Below, piece by piece: positions 19,242 through 30,169 of a stretch of 64,000 bases of DNA. This stretch comes from an uncultured Desulfurococcales archaeon (GTDB lineage Archaea; Thermoproteota; Thermoprotei_A; EX4484-217-1), in the NCBI GenBank assembly GCA_964526225.1, contig CAZGLL010000001.1:58903-122902 (forward strand), in the 5' to 3' direction. A program made the translations under genes and the position numbers. The notes beneath the pieces are model-generated. The model was given only the letters and a program-made list of their open reading frames with translations, was not told the origin of the DNA and did no database searches. Within the stretch, counting starts at the first letter, position 1. Every line of letters starts with the position of its first letter.

Positions 19242-22200
19242 GTGGCGATTTTGCCGTATGCTATAGTAGAAGGTGCATGTCCAAATTGTGGAGGGTTCAT
19301 TGACACAGAGCACTTAATAGAGGGCTTACCTTGTAGCTTATGCTTAAACGGATTAAACTTAAAAAACCAGAAATTATCGGAAAAGACAATTTACAATTAT
19401 CTTCTAAGTAGAAGGAAGCTTTATGGTTATAAGAAAATAGTTGAGCTACAGAAGGAACTTTATGAATTCGAAAGATTCTTTAAGAAAATTTCGAATAAGC
19501 CTCCATGGAGTGCTCAGAAAACATGGGCTAAAAGACTTCTTAAAGGTGAAAGCTTCGCTATAATAGCTCCAACAGGTGTAGGTAAAACAACATTTTCCAT
19601 AATCTACTCCATTTATCATGTAATTAAGGGGAAGGGTAGAACATACATTATTGTTCCTACAAAGAATCTTCAGGAGCAAATAACTAGTAAAGTATTGGAG
19701 TGTCTTTCTAAGCTGAAAGACCATAGTGTTAAAGTATGTTCTCCGGGAGTAATTAATGATGAATATTTAGAGTTAGGAAACTTCAACCTACTAATTACAA
19801 CATCAGCTTATCTCTCTAGAAACTTCAGTAAAATTTCTGCTTACAGATTCTCATTAGTTATAGTTGACGATGTTGATGCCTTGTTAAGGAATTCCAAGAA
19901 TATTGAAAGAATACTTATGTTAATAGGGTTTAGTAGAGAAATTTTAGAAGTAACGTACAAACTAATTGTAGCTAAAATAGATCTCTTTAAACTTGTAGCA
20001 TCAGGTGCTGATAGCGAAAAAATAGAGAAGATCAAAAATAAAATCGGAGAATATAGGAAGCTAATTGACGAATACATTAAGCAAACAAAGTTAGGCCAAA
20101 TACTTGTTTGTAGCGCTACGGGAAGAAATAAAGGTCTAAAAGCTAAAATGTTTAAGGAACTTCTAAATTTTGAAGCAGGAACGGTAATTGAATATATGAG
20201 AAACATTGTTGACACTTATGATGTTATGAACGAGAACTATGTTAGCCAAGTAATTTCGCTCATTAGAAAGCTTGGTAGTGGAGGATTAGTTTTTGTATCA
20301 CAAGATTTAGGAATAAAGAAGGCAAAGGCGTTAGTCAAGGAGTTAAAAAACCACGGAATTAAGGCGGAACTAGCAACGTCATCGAAACATAGGTATCTTC
20401 AAAAATTCGCTAAGGGAGAAATAGACATTCTAGTAGGTATAGCAAGCTATTATGGAGTAATTGTTAGAGGAATAGACTTACCCGAAAGAATAAGATATGC
20501 AGTATTCCTCGGTGTACCTAAGTTTCAAATAGAGCTAGAGAAGGGACTTAATAATCCAGTAAAAATACTCGCACTACTCACAGTACTTGAAGAGACGGTT
20601 GAAACAGAAGATGAATTAGCTTATTTAAAAAAGACAATAAATATCCTTTCAAAAATACTTGATAGAGTTAGCTTTAAAGAATTAAAGATTTTGAGAAAAG
20701 CATTAAGCGAAGAAATGGAGTTAGAAGGATTCTTAGGTAAACTGCAGAAACTATTACTTGATGCTAAACAGTACATTCTTAATAAAATTTCTGAGCCTAG
20801 AATTAAAGAGAAAATAAAGAATTCGGATTACATAATATTAAGAGAATTTAAAGGAAAAACGTACATTGTCACGCCAGACATAATGACCTATATTCAGGCA
20901 AGCGGACGTACTTCGAGAATGTTTGCAAACGGTATGACAAAAGGGTTAAGTATAATCCTAGTTGATGATGAAAAGGTTTTCGAAAGATTAACTAAACAGT
21001 TAAAATACTATGTCGAAAATTTCGAAATAAAACCGCTAAGCAGCATTAATTTGGACAAAGTTCTTGCGGAAATAGATAGGGATAGAGAAGTTGTAAGAGA
21101 AATACTTAGAGGCGAAGTGGAAACCTCATATCGAGACCCCATAATTCCAGCACTATTTATAGTTGAATCACCTACGAAAGCTAGAACCATAGCTTACTTC
21201 TTCGGTAAACCTTCGAAGAGGAGAATAAATGGCATAATAGCGTATGAGGTCTTGGTTGGAGATCCTAGATTAGGAACAAAAGATTATATGTTAACAATAG
21301 TTGCTACTAGAGGACACATTCTCGACTTAACAACATCACCTACTATGGGTTATTACGGAGTATTGGTAGATTCCAATAATGTTACCCCAATATACACCAC
21401 AATAAAGAAATGTAGAGGCTGTGGACATCAATTTACAGAACCCATAACCAGCTGTCCGAAATGCGGATCAACAAGAATATATGATTCAAAATCTGTAATT
21501 GAAGTTCTAAGAGCCTTAGCTCAAGAAGTAGAAACGGTTTTTATAGGAACAGATCCCGATAGTGAAGGTGAAAAAATAGCTTGGGATGTTTATGTCCTAT
21601 TAAGACCGTATATAAAGAGAATCTATAGGGTAGAATTCCATGAAATAACGAGAAATGCAATAATCAAAGCACTTGCATCACCGAGAAGGATTAAGGAGCC
21701 TCTTGTTGAGGCTCAGGTTGTTAGGCGTGTTGAGGATCGTTGGATTGGTTTTGAACTTTCGAGGAGGCTTTGGAGTGTTTTCGGAAAACACTGGCTATCA
21801 GCAGGAAGAGTACAAACACCAGTACTAGGATGGATAATAAAACAACACAAAAAATGGAAAAAATCACGTAGGCTCTTTGTTGAGTACATGTTGGAGAACG
21901 GATTAAAGCTAAGGTTCGATTATGACATACACTTCGATAAATCATTAATAAAAGAATATGTTAAAAACGGAGCTTTAGTTTTAATGAAGACGGAGTTTAT
22001 TGAGAAAATTAATCCGCCACCACCATACAATACCAACTCTCTACTTTCAGAATTAACTGGAAAGTTTAGATTAGACGCCAGATATGCCATGAAAATTTTG
22101 CAAGACCTCTTCGAATCAGGTCTCATAACCTACCATAGAACGGATAGCATACATGTATCATCTACGGGATTGGAAGTAGCAAAAGACTACATTAGCAATG

Positions 22201-22949
22201 TGCTGAAAGAACCTGAGCTTCTTAAGCTTAAAAGTTGGGGATCAGAGGGTACTCATGAATGTATAAGGCCGACAAGACCCTACAATGTAGAGACATTAAG
22301 GAAACTTCTAATAAACGGCACTTTAAAGTCGTTTGTAAATTTTGTTCACACACACTTCAAGGTTTACGATATGATATTTAGAAGATTCATAGCTAGTCAA
22401 ATGAAGCCTGCAACTATAGTTAAAACGAGACTTACAGTTAAGATAGGAGAATATGTTAAGACCTTTGAGTTCGTAAGCAAAATATTAGAGCCCGGGTTTA
22501 CTAAAGTTCTTCCAATTAACGTTATAAAACTAGACAATATCGAAAACGGATCTATTGTTAAAATAGTCGAGTATAGGGTCTGGAAGGGATCCCTTTATTC
22601 CCTATATAAGCAAGGAGATGTAATTAAACTAATGAAGGAGAAAAGTATTGGAAGACCTTCAACATACGCTAAAATACTATCTTCAATTCTAAATCACGGC
22701 TACGTTATTGAAAGTAAAAACAAGTATCTTGTTCCGACATCTTTAGGTATAAAAGTCTATGAGTACTTAACCACAAATTACGGCTTCTTAGTATCTGAAG
22801 AAACCACTAGAAAGCTGGAGAAGATAATGGACGAAATCGAGAAAGGTAAAGTGGAATATGTCGAAGTTTTAAGAGAGCTCTTTGAAATACTGAATAAAGC
22901 ATATATTGAAGAGGGAGGTGTAGAGAAAGCTAAAGCTATCGAAACATAA
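19242..22949 (+). CDS. rgy: Reverse gyrase (SF2 helicase-like domain fused to topoisomerase IA)
   Basis: 1235 aa. N-terminal zinc finger CPNCGG...CSLC. Walker A APTGVGKT. Topo IA domain with TOPRIM, a second zinc ribbon CRGCGH...CPKCG, and active-site Tyr region. Confidence 0.95.
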   Translation: MAILPYAIVEGACPNCGGFIDTEHLIEGLPCSLCLNGLNLKNQKLSEKTIYNYLLSRRKLYGYKKIVELQKELYEFERFFKKISNKPPWSAQKTWAKRLLKGESFAIIAPTGVGKTTFSIIYSIYHVIKGKGRTYIIVPTKNLQEQITSKVLECLSKLKDHSVKVCSPGVINDEYLELGNFNLLITTSAYLSRNFSKISAYRFSLVIVDDVDALLRNSKNIERILMLIGFSREILEVTYKLIVAKIDLFKLVASGADSEKIEKIKNKIGEYRKLIDEYIKQTKLGQILVCSATGRNKGLKAKMFKELLNFEAGTVIEYMRNIVDTYDVMNENYVSQVISLIRKLGSGGLVFVSQDLGIKKAKALVKELKNHGIKAELATSSKHRYLQKFAKGEIDILVGIASYYGVIVRGIDLPERIRYAVFLGVPKFQIELEKGLNNPVKILALLTVLEETVETEDELAYLKKTINILSKILDRVSFKELKILRKALSEEMELEGFLGKLQKLLLDAKQYILNKISEPRIKEKIKNSDYIILREFKGKTYIVTPDIMTYIQASGRTSRMFANGMTKGLSIILVDDEKVFERLTKQLKYYVENFEIKPLSSINLDKVLAEIDRDREVVREILRGEVETSYRDPIIPALFIVESPTKARTIAYFFGKPSKRRINGIIAYEVLVGDPRLGTKDYMLTIVATRGHILDLTTSPTMGYYGVLVDSNNVTPIYTTIKKCRGCGHQFTEPITSCPKCGSTRIYDSKSVIEVLRALAQEVETVFIGTDPDSEGEKIAWDVYVLLRPYIKRIYRVEFHEITRNAIIKALASPRRIKEPLVEAQVVRRVEDRWIGFELSRRLWSVFGKHWLSAGRVQTPVLGWIIKQHKKWKKSRRLFVEYMLENGLKLRFDYDIHFDKSLIKEYVKNGALVLMKTEFIEKINPPPPYNTNSLLSELTGKFRLDARYAMKILQDLFESGLITYHRTDSIHVSSTGLEVAKDYISNVLKEPELLKLKSWGSEGTHECIRPTRPYNVETLRKLLINGTLKSFVNFVHTHFKVYDMIFRRFIASQMKPATIVKTRLTVKIGEYVKTFEFVSKILEPGFTKVLPINVIKLDNIENGSIVKIVEYRVWKGSLYSLYKQGDVIKLMKEKSIGRPSTYAKILSSILNHGYVIESKNKYLVPTSLGIKVYEYLTTNYGFLVSEETTRKLEKIMDEIEKGKVEYVEVLRELFEILNKAYIEEGGVEKAKAIET

Positions 22950-22988
22950 ATACTTGTTTCACTAAATTCTGTACGTGAGGCATACTAA

Positions 22989-23534
22989 ATGACCTATAAT
23001 ATTAGCATAAGTGAGGAAACATACAAACTGCTCGAGCGCTATAGAAAAATTCTCGAAGACGTTTTACATAGGAGAGTAAGCTACGATGACGTTTTAAAAC
23101 TTATGTTAACAAATGAAATGCACTTAGCAATTTATTCAGCATTAGCTAAGAAAGTAAAAACTATTGAGCAAGAATTAAAATCAGCCGAACTAGCTATTAC
23201 TCCCGCACATAAGCATGAGGTAAAAGCTGACAAGTTCGTAGAGTTCATTAGAGATGTGGTAGTTTATCCTTTAGATAAAATACGTGCTCCTAAAGATAAA
23301 ATAAACAGATATGTAAACGAAGGGATATTCAAGATAATTTATGCTTCAGGTAAAGGTTACCTCGTATATAATCCTAAGCTTCAGGAGCTCTGGAAGAAAC
23401 TGCCTATACCTAAAGATAAAGTTAAGGAGCTAAGTAGGGAAGAACAGAAACTACTTGAAATACTTAAGAATGCTGGCTTGGTATATGAAGATGGAGTTGC
23501 CAAATCCTTGAAAAGAGTTATTGAGGAACTATGA
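22989..23534 (+). CDS. Hypothetical protein
   Basis: 181-aa ORF immediately downstream of rgy. Confidence 0.4.
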   Translation: MTYNISISEETYKLLERYRKILEDVLHRRVSYDDVLKLMLTNEMHLAIYSALAKKVKTIEQELKSAELAITPAHKHEVKADKFVEFIRDVVVYPLDKIRAPKDKINRYVNEGIFKIIYASGKGYLVYNPKLQELWKKLPIPKDKVKELSREEQKLLEILKNAGLVYEDGVAKSLKRVIEEL

Positions 23535-23536
23535 AT

Positions 23537-23603
23537 CAGCCGGGATACTTCATGTCATTGCTAATTAGATACTCCATGGATAGGGCGCTCATCATCTGAC
23601 TAC
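23537..23603 (-). ncRNA. Candidate C/D box sRNA
   Basis: Reverse strand reads C box GAUGAUGA, 12 nt, UGGA (D'-like), a degenerate C', 12 nt, D box CUGA. GC-rich island between two convergent ORFs. Confidence 0.4.
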
Positions 23604-23613
23604 TTATCTTACC

Positions 23614-24189
23614 TTAAGCTTTTAAAGAATTTCTGATAAGCCTTTCAGCCTCACTAAGAGCCTTTGATGCTTTTTCTATTCTCTCGTAAAATTCATTTCT
23701 ATCTTTAAACGTTACGTAAGCCAGAGTCTGTGTTAACATAGTATATGAGTAAACATTCTCACCTTTTTCGTCAATATACCTTAGATAAAGCAGTCCTTTT
23801 CTCCTACTTCTTCTTGGATAAATTTCTATCATCACATTATTATGCTTGGTCTTTACTAATCCTATAATTCTAATGTAAGAATTAGATGGAGCAATTAGCC
23901 ATAACTTAAATGGTTCTCTGACTTTGGCATAAAATTCCCTAAGTTTAGCTGCAGTATAACTATGACTTATAAGTGTCAATACCTGATATTGAGATGTCAA
24001 AGAATATTCTTCAAGAAACTCAGCAATGAAAGGGTAAAATTTGAGGGATAAAGCAAATTTCACTACTCGATTTTCTTCATTGGCCTCAATTATTGAAGCG
24101 TTATAGTCTTTAAGTTTCTTAATTGCTTTTACGAATAATTTATCGGGTTTAATTGATGCAATAACGCTTACCATTACTGTTTTTCTCAT
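23614..24189 (-). CDS. Hypothetical protein
   Basis: 191-aa ORF. Confidence 0.4.
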   Translation of the reverse strand: MRKTVMVSVIASIKPDKLFVKAIKKLKDYNASIIEANEENRVVKFALSLKFYPFIAEFLEEYSLTSQYQVLTLISHSYTAAKLREFYAKVREPFKLWLIAPSNSYIRIIGLVKTKHNNVMIEIYPRRSRRKGLLYLRYIDEKGENVYSYTMLTQTLAYVTFKDRNEFYERIEKASKALSEAERLIRNSLKA

Positions 24190-24267
24190 GTTCGGTCCTC
24201 CGACGGGGATAACATCCTCATCGTTTATCGGTAACCTACCTTTTCTTCATCGGAACATACGTGTTTC

Positions 24268-24328
24268 GCTAATCAGCCCTTCCACATGTCTTCATTAAAT
24301 TCCGATCCGGGTTCATTCATCATTTCTA
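24268..24328 (-). ncRNA. Candidate C/D box sRNA
   Basis: Reverse strand reads AAUGAUGA (C), AUGAACCCGGAU (12 nt), CGGA (D'), AUUUA, AUGAAGA (C'), CAUGUGGAAGGG (12 nt), CUGA (D). Canonical spacing. Confidence 0.5.
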
Positions 24329-24423
24329 CTAACATAAGTTCTCTTAGTTCTCTTATAAATATAGTTTTCACGTAAAGTTTTTAGGGAAATAAAGTAACTA
24401 TACCTTGTCTGAGGACGAAGAAT

Positions 24424-25164
24424 ATGAGATTTAGGTCTATTTTTCTACAGTACATAATGCCTCAAATGTTACTCTTAGGATTTGCATTCATGAATACATG
24501 GTTTCCAGGCTATACGTTTCTGTTCATAATAGTTTACATAATTGTTTTTGGAGCAATAATGTATGTAACAGGCAAGAAAACATTTAAGGGAAGAGCTAAG
24601 GATCTTGAGGAAATAAGAAAGGGAAATAGGCTATACAAAGCTAAAGCAGTAGAAGTTAGGCAACTTATGGGCAACGATCCACTCTTAGTTTCGGAAATGA
24701 AAGGGCAATTAATAACCACGTTTATGCCCTTCCTTTCACTACTTGTAATATGGTTCATGTTTAGTACTTTAAGAGACATATTAGTTAAAGGAGAGGCAGG
24801 CTCCCTCGAAATGTTCATAGGTTACGCTGTTCTTTACGAAACATTCTTTGCTGTATCATTAATTACAAGGCTATACCAGAAAATAATGGTTAGAAGAAGA
24901 GGATACTCCGCACTTATGGTGCTTAACGACTATGTAGTTACGGAAAAGGGAATATATTCCGAAAGAGGTGGAGGGATAACACTTAAATTCCCTATAAAAG
25001 CGAAACGGCTAGTCTGTAACGAAAAAAGGAACTTAATAGATATTGACGTTATCCAAGAAAACCCATTTGCAGGTAAAACAATTATGAGAGTAAGGCTTTA
25101 TAGTAAGAAAGTAAATGACCTATGTAATAAATTAAAGAGTAAGATAGTTGTTGAAGAAAGTTAG
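24424..25164 (+). CDS. Hypothetical membrane protein
   Basis: 246 aa with several hydrophobic segments. Confidence 0.4.
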   Translation: MRFRSIFLQYIMPQMLLLGFAFMNTWFPGYTFLFIIVYIIVFGAIMYVTGKKTFKGRAKDLEEIRKGNRLYKAKAVEVRQLMGNDPLLVSEMKGQLITTFMPFLSLLVIWFMFSTLRDILVKGEAGSLEMFIGYAVLYETFFAVSLITRLYQKIMVRRRGYSALMVLNDYVVTEKGIYSERGGGITLKFPIKAKRLVCNEKRNLIDIDVIQENPFAGKTIMRVRLYSKKVNDLCNKLKSKIVVEES

Positions 25165-28010
25165 CTCGAGTTTTTAAGCATCTGCATATATGTTACTCCA
25201 TTAAGGGCAATGTATGGTATTATATTTTTAGGCACATAGAAGTATCTTGGTGTTAAGGTTTTCAACATAGAATCTGACGGTATTACCTTTACTTCGTATG
25301 CTTCATTTACCGGTATTCTCTCAATAAATTTCTTAATGTTTGCTATTATTTCCTTGGGGGAGAAGTATAGTGTGAAATAGGATAAATCATCCATAGGCCT
25401 AATGTATAGCATGAATACTTCATCTATATTGTATGGTTCAAAAGACTGATTGTATTCAGGGGACTGATAGATTTTTTCAACATCTTTAACCAAAGCCCAT
25501 CTCCACTCCCCGATATCTACATCTATAAATTGAAATACCCTATCAACAACATCTGGCTTTCTTAATTCCTTAAGTTTATTCTCTATTGTCTTCGGTGGTA
25601 GTTCAAGTATTTCAGAGAGCTCGTCGACCGTTAACGCCATATTTTCTAATGTTTCAACTATTAATAAGGAAGCATCCTTTATCCAAGGTCTTATCGGTGG
25701 TAATTCTCTAATGTATTTGCCGAGGGGTGTTTCAACATTTCTGATATGAATGAACTCTATTTCACCATTATGTATTTTTTCGAGTAATTTTTTAGTACCC
25801 TCAACATCCATGTATTGTTGTTTAACTTGTCTCTTAGCTTCCTCTACAATTAGCGAATCTTCTTTAGGATCTACCCTACCTATTTTCCCAAAACTTACTT
25901 GTAATTCCTTAAGTACCGCATAGTATAGTGGCGATCTTTCTAAAGCTTTTTCAAGAAGCTCATCGACTTTCTCAGGAGGTATATTTAAAAGAACTTTTAC
26001 TGGATCAGCATTTCTCACCTTAACAGAGAATCCTAGATATGATGATTTAACGTACACATTCAACGTATATCTTGTTGAAATAAGATACATTATTATATGT
26101 GCTAAAGTTTCTGCAACATTTTGCCCCATCCAGAATAAAAATACTGTTTCATTACCATGTTTCTCAACTACCATAGTTTTATCATTCGGTAAAAGATTCT
26201 TTTTATTAGCGTACGATTTCGTAAAACTACTTAGAAATTTAAGGGCATTTTCATAAATTCTAACGTTCTTTGGCACGTTTACATTACCGTACGTAATAAT
26301 GTTTTCCAAAAGTCTCCCTACTTCTTTAGCTATCTTTACGGATCTCCTGGCTCCTTCACCCCTCCATATAGGTACCTCAGCTTCTTCCGTTGAGGCGGGG
26401 ATGACGGAAATTTTCATTCCAATATCGTCTATATCTACAATTTTCCAGTTACGTCCTGAAAGACGTACTATGTCTCCAACTCTTAAGTACCTATAAACGT
26501 ATTGTGAATCAACATCCCCAACTAATGAGTCACCATACTTTACTTGGAACGATGGTCTTTCACCAATTGTTGTAAAGAATTCAGTGAAGTTTCTAGCCCA
26601 CCAACGTTTATATGCTGTGTCGCTATCAAACCTCCATATTTTAAAGAATGTTGGACCTAACTTGTACTTTCCCTCATCAACTCTTGTTAATAATCCATTG
26701 TTTTCCATGTGCCTTAGTAAGTTTGTTAGTTCATTAAATTTAAGGCTTCTATAAGCATATGCTCCCTTAACTATTTCATAAATGGTTTTAGCGTTAACTT
26801 CTCCGTTCTGCAACACTATACCTAAAATTTCTCTAGCTAAAACATCAAGAGGTTTTTCAAGTATTTGTGGTTCTTCAAGTTCACCTTTTAATGCAAGTGA
26901 AACAGTAGCTAACGATTCTAAGACGTCAACCTCATTAATTCCTATAATTGTTCCTTTAGATACATCATAAAATCTATGACCGCTTCTCCCTATTCTTTGA
27001 AGTAGCGTTGTAACTGAACCCGGAGGTCTAAACTGTGTAACCTTCCTTATATCACCTATGTCTATACCGAGTTCAAGAGTTTTTGTGCAAACGACGCCCT
27101 TCAATTTGCCTTCTAAAAGGTCTTTTTCTACTGAAACCCTCATGTTCCTTGAAACTGATGAGTGATGCACTTGTATTTCCTTTAAACCTGATTTTTCAAG
27201 GTATTCATGTAGTCTTTCAGCTGTTGATCTGGAATTAACGAAAATAAGAGTTGGTGGTTCTATATGATCTATTATCGTCTTAGCTATTTTACTCCAAGGA
27301 TCATCCTCATTTCCTATTGGAACAGCATCTATTTCTATTATTGTCTCTTTACCTTTACCTATTTCTATTATTATGCTCTTCCTTTTTGAGGATCCAAATA
27401 GGAATTTAGCAACTTTTTCGGGATTACCTACTGTTGCTGAAAGCCCTATTCTTTGAAAGTCGAATCCTGTAAGTCTTTTCAGTCTTTCGAGAAGTAATAT
27501 AAGTTGTATTCCTCTCTTCGAAGATATTAGCTCATGAACTTCATCTATGATTACCCATTTAACATTCTTATAGTAGTTTCTAAACTTCTGAGCCCAATCA
27601 AGATCTATTTCCAGACTTTCAGGAGTTGTAACGATTACGTGAGGAGCTTTCCTAAGTCTTTTAGCCTTTTCAGAGGAAGGTACGTCACCATGCTTCCTAG
27701 CTACGGTGAAGCCTAGTTTAGACCCCCACCATTTAAGCCTACGGGTAATATCGTTTATCAAAGCTCTCAACGGTGTAATGTAAACAACAGCTACGGGCTT
27801 AGCTTTCTCCTTAATCATCATCTCAAATATAGGTAGAATAGCGGCTTCAGTTTTCCCGAAACCCGTTGGCGCTGTCAATAATACATTATAGCCTTCTTTA
27901 ATTTTAGGTATAGCTAACTTTTGGGGAATAGTTAGATCTTTCCAGCCCTTCTCCCTAAGTAAACTTATGATTTTAGGATCCATAATGCCGACAGCATCAT
28001 CATCTAACAT
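25161..28010 (-). CDS. Lhr-like large SF2 ATP-dependent helicase
   Basis: 949 aa. Walker A LLTAPTGFGKTEAA, DEVH box (IIDEVHEL), helicase C motifs. The long C-terminal extension is typical of Lhr-type helicases. Confidence 0.75.
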   Translation of the reverse strand: MLDDDAVGIMDPKIISLLREKGWKDLTIPQKLAIPKIKEGYNVLLTAPTGFGKTEAAILPIFEMMIKEKAKPVAVVYITPLRALINDITRRLKWWGSKLGFTVARKHGDVPSSEKAKRLRKAPHVIVTTPESLEIDLDWAQKFRNYYKNVKWVIIDEVHELISSKRGIQLILLLERLKRLTGFDFQRIGLSATVGNPEKVAKFLFGSSKRKSIIIEIGKGKETIIEIDAVPIGNEDDPWSKIAKTIIDHIEPPTLIFVNSRSTAERLHEYLEKSGLKEIQVHHSSVSRNMRVSVEKDLLEGKLKGVVCTKTLELGIDIGDIRKVTQFRPPGSVTTLLQRIGRSGHRFYDVSKGTIIGINEVDVLESLATVSLALKGELEEPQILEKPLDVLAREILGIVLQNGEVNAKTIYEIVKGAYAYRSLKFNELTNLLRHMENNGLLTRVDEGKYKLGPTFFKIWRFDSDTAYKRWWARNFTEFFTTIGERPSFQVKYGDSLVGDVDSQYVYRYLRVGDIVRLSGRNWKIVDIDDIGMKISVIPASTEEAEVPIWRGEGARRSVKIAKEVGRLLENIITYGNVNVPKNVRIYENALKFLSSFTKSYANKKNLLPNDKTMVVEKHGNETVFLFWMGQNVAETLAHIIMYLISTRYTLNVYVKSSYLGFSVKVRNADPVKVLLNIPPEKVDELLEKALERSPLYYAVLKELQVSFGKIGRVDPKEDSLIVEEAKRQVKQQYMDVEGTKKLLEKIHNGEIEFIHIRNVETPLGKYIRELPPIRPWIKDASLLIVETLENMALTVDELSEILELPPKTIENKLKELRKPDVVDRVFQFIDVDIGEWRWALVKDVEKIYQSPEYNQSFEPYNIDEVFMLYIRPMDDLSYFTLYFSPKEIIANIKKFIERIPVNEAYEVKVIPSDSMLKTLTPRYFYVPKNIIPYIALNGVTYMQMLKNSS

Positions 28011-28132
28011 TTTTCTTTCCTCAGTACGCTAGGTTTTTATACGGCGTCTTAGCATGGTTTTATAGCCTAAACGCATAAGGCACTGCAACTAAAAAACATT
28101 TTCGTATAACAGTCAAAATAGGGTGTTAATAA

Positions 28133-28372
28133 ATGTCGGTAAAGTATGAATGCATAGTCTGTGGCAAAAAGTTTCCAAAAGGGCAGGGAGTACTTATCAG
28201 CCTTTACAATGTTGAGCTAGCTTTCCACAGTAAATCATGTGCACTCAAATTTTTCAAAGCATTGTTTTCAAAAGTAGAGTATGATTTAATAAGAAACTAC
28301 ATTGAAGAAACAGTAAACGAATTTCGAGAGAAAATTGCTGAAGAGCGTAAGAGAAAAGCAAAGAAGATTTAG
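28133..28372 (+). CDS. TRASH / L24e-like zinc-ribbon domain protein with a basic C-terminal tail
   Basis: CIVCGKKFPKGQG...FHSKSC...F pattern resembles the L24e/TRASH fold. Stand-alone, not in a ribosomal cluster. Confidence 0.45.
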   Translation: MSVKYECIVCGKKFPKGQGVLISLYNVELAFHSKSCALKFFKALFSKVEYDLIRNYIEETVNEFREKIAEERKRKAKKI

Positions 28373-28378
28373 TGAACA

Positions 28379-29530
28379 TTAACTTACAGGTTCAAACACT
28401 ATTCCAAGCTTTTTAGCATAACTATACGCTTCAGAAAGCTCGTCATAACCAGGTCTCCTAATTATATCACGCCACTTTTCAGGTTCCCTTAAAACCTTAT
28501 ACTCCGGCCTATACTGTTCCATAATGTTAACTAAAACTTTCTCCTTAGGTAAATTCTCAGCTATCCATCTAAGTACAGGTTTTGTGCAACATTCAACATG
28601 ATTCGGAAGTACTAGATGTCTTATTATCATATCGCCATGTTCAACAGCCATTTTCAAGTTTCTAGTTACAACTTCAAAGTATCTCGGTACTCCGGAAAGT
28701 CTCAAAGCACATTTATCATTACCATACTTAAAATCTGGAAGCCATATATCTATTATGTCAACGAGTATTTTCATTGCTTCAACAGTTAAGTACATGTTAC
28801 TATTCCATAATTGGGGAACATTAACATCTAGAGACTTTAGCGATTCAACTATAGTATGAATATTAGGTGTCGGATCCCCGCCAACATGGTTTATGTTCCT
28901 TGCTCCTTTATTTCTTAATTCTTTCTGAATTGTGGCTAATGACTTTGCTGTTACTAAAATACCGTTGTAAATGTTTTCCTGGCTAATATCGAAGTTTTGG
29001 CAGAAAACACATCTAAAATTGCATGAACCATAAAATATTGTTCCACTAGGAACCAATGGTGCTTCCTCACCTAAATGATGAAACCATGAATGAACATAGG
29101 TTCTATAGTCTAGTTTGCAAAAGTGTCCTCTTTCTCCTCTTAACCTATTGACCTTACATTTCCTTTCACAGAAGATACATGACTTAAGCATTTCCTTAGC
29201 TAAAGCTATTTTCAGATCTAGAAAACTATGTTTAGGATTAGGAAGTTCTTCAACACTTAGTTTATCCATTGCAATTTCCTTAAAAATTATTCTGAACTCT
29301 TTAGCTATTTCGTCATGAAGACCCCATAATCCTTCATAGTCTAGTTTTGCAGGATTTTCGAAAACTTCAACATGTTTAACAATTATGAACTTAGCTGGCT
29401 TAATATCCTTCATGACACGATAGTACCACCACAATCTACGTTTAACATCCTCACTCTTCCATACAGCTAAAGCATCAGGCCTGTATAGGTACCAAGGTGT
29501 TAAGTCAAGAACCATAAGATTACATCCCAT
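28379..29530 (-). CDS. Radical SAM protein (PflA/NrdG-activase-like, CxFCQN type)
   Basis: GSCNFRCVFCQN Cx3Cx2C motif. 383 aa. Confidence 0.7.
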   Translation of the reverse strand: MGCNLMVLDLTPWYLYRPDALAVWKSEDVKRRLWWYYRVMKDIKPAKFIIVKHVEVFENPAKLDYEGLWGLHDEIAKEFRIIFKEIAMDKLSVEELPNPKHSFLDLKIALAKEMLKSCIFCERKCKVNRLRGERGHFCKLDYRTYVHSWFHHLGEEAPLVPSGTIFYGSCNFRCVFCQNFDISQENIYNGILVTAKSLATIQKELRNKGARNINHVGGDPTPNIHTIVESLKSLDVNVPQLWNSNMYLTVEAMKILVDIIDIWLPDFKYGNDKCALRLSGVPRYFEVVTRNLKMAVEHGDMIIRHLVLPNHVECCTKPVLRWIAENLPKEKVLVNIMEQYRPEYKVLREPEKWRDIIRRPGYDELSEAYSYAKKLGIVFEPVS

Positions 29531-29711
29531 ACTAACTTTGACTTCTATTCTCTAGATAAAGTAGTAAGGAGAAAAGTAATTTTAATTTCTAACTTATAAA
29601 ATATACCGAGCCCGATGAGGAATGCCTGGCATACAAAATGATCTTTTAATGATTTAAAGAGGCCGCGTCCGAGGGGTGAAAACAAAATAATAATGTTGGG
29701 GAGTAGTATTT

Positions 29712-30167
29712 TTGAAGAAAATAACTCATGAAATCTTCGGTGTAGGTGCATCACTTTTCATATTAATGCCTCCTATAACTATAGTGGGTTACATAATATT
29801 TTTCTCGGCAATGGGTAGTATAGTTCCGGATGTAGACTTTAAATTTAAGCATAGAGCATTTCTACATAACATTTTTTCCTTAATATTCATAGCCTTGATT
29901 TTACATTACATACTATTAAGCTTCCTTAACTTAGAGAAATACGCTCTTTTGTTCTCTACAAGTTTCGCTGTAGGATATTTCTCACATATCCTACTTGATT
30001 CATTAACTAAAGCTGGCGTAGCAATATTATGGCCCATTTCAAGTATTAGGTTAAGATTTCTTAGAGAAAGGTACGATAGCCCATACCTTAATGTTTTTGT
30101 ATCCGCATTAGGGATTATTCTTATGGGGCTTTATGTATATTACTTAACTATAGGAGGTAACATGTAG
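29712..30167 (+). CDS. Membrane-bound metal-dependent hydrolase (YdjM/DUF457-like)
   Basis: 151 aa, multi-TM, HILLDSLTKAG motif typical of YdjM-like proteins. Confidence 0.5.
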   Translation: MKKITHEIFGVGASLFILMPPITIVGYIIFFSAMGSIVPDVDFKFKHRAFLHNIFSLIFIALILHYILLSFLNLEKYALLFSTSFAVGYFSHILLDSLTKAGVAILWPISSIRLRFLRERYDSPYLNVFVSALGIILMGLYVYYLTIGGNM

Positions 30168-30169
30168 TC

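Noticed and set aside
29600-29700. C/D-box sRNA in the GC-richer patch upstream of the YdjM-like gene
   Set aside because: It contains AAUGAUC/AAUGAUU-like C boxes, but no CUGA D box at the required 12-nt spacing on either strand.
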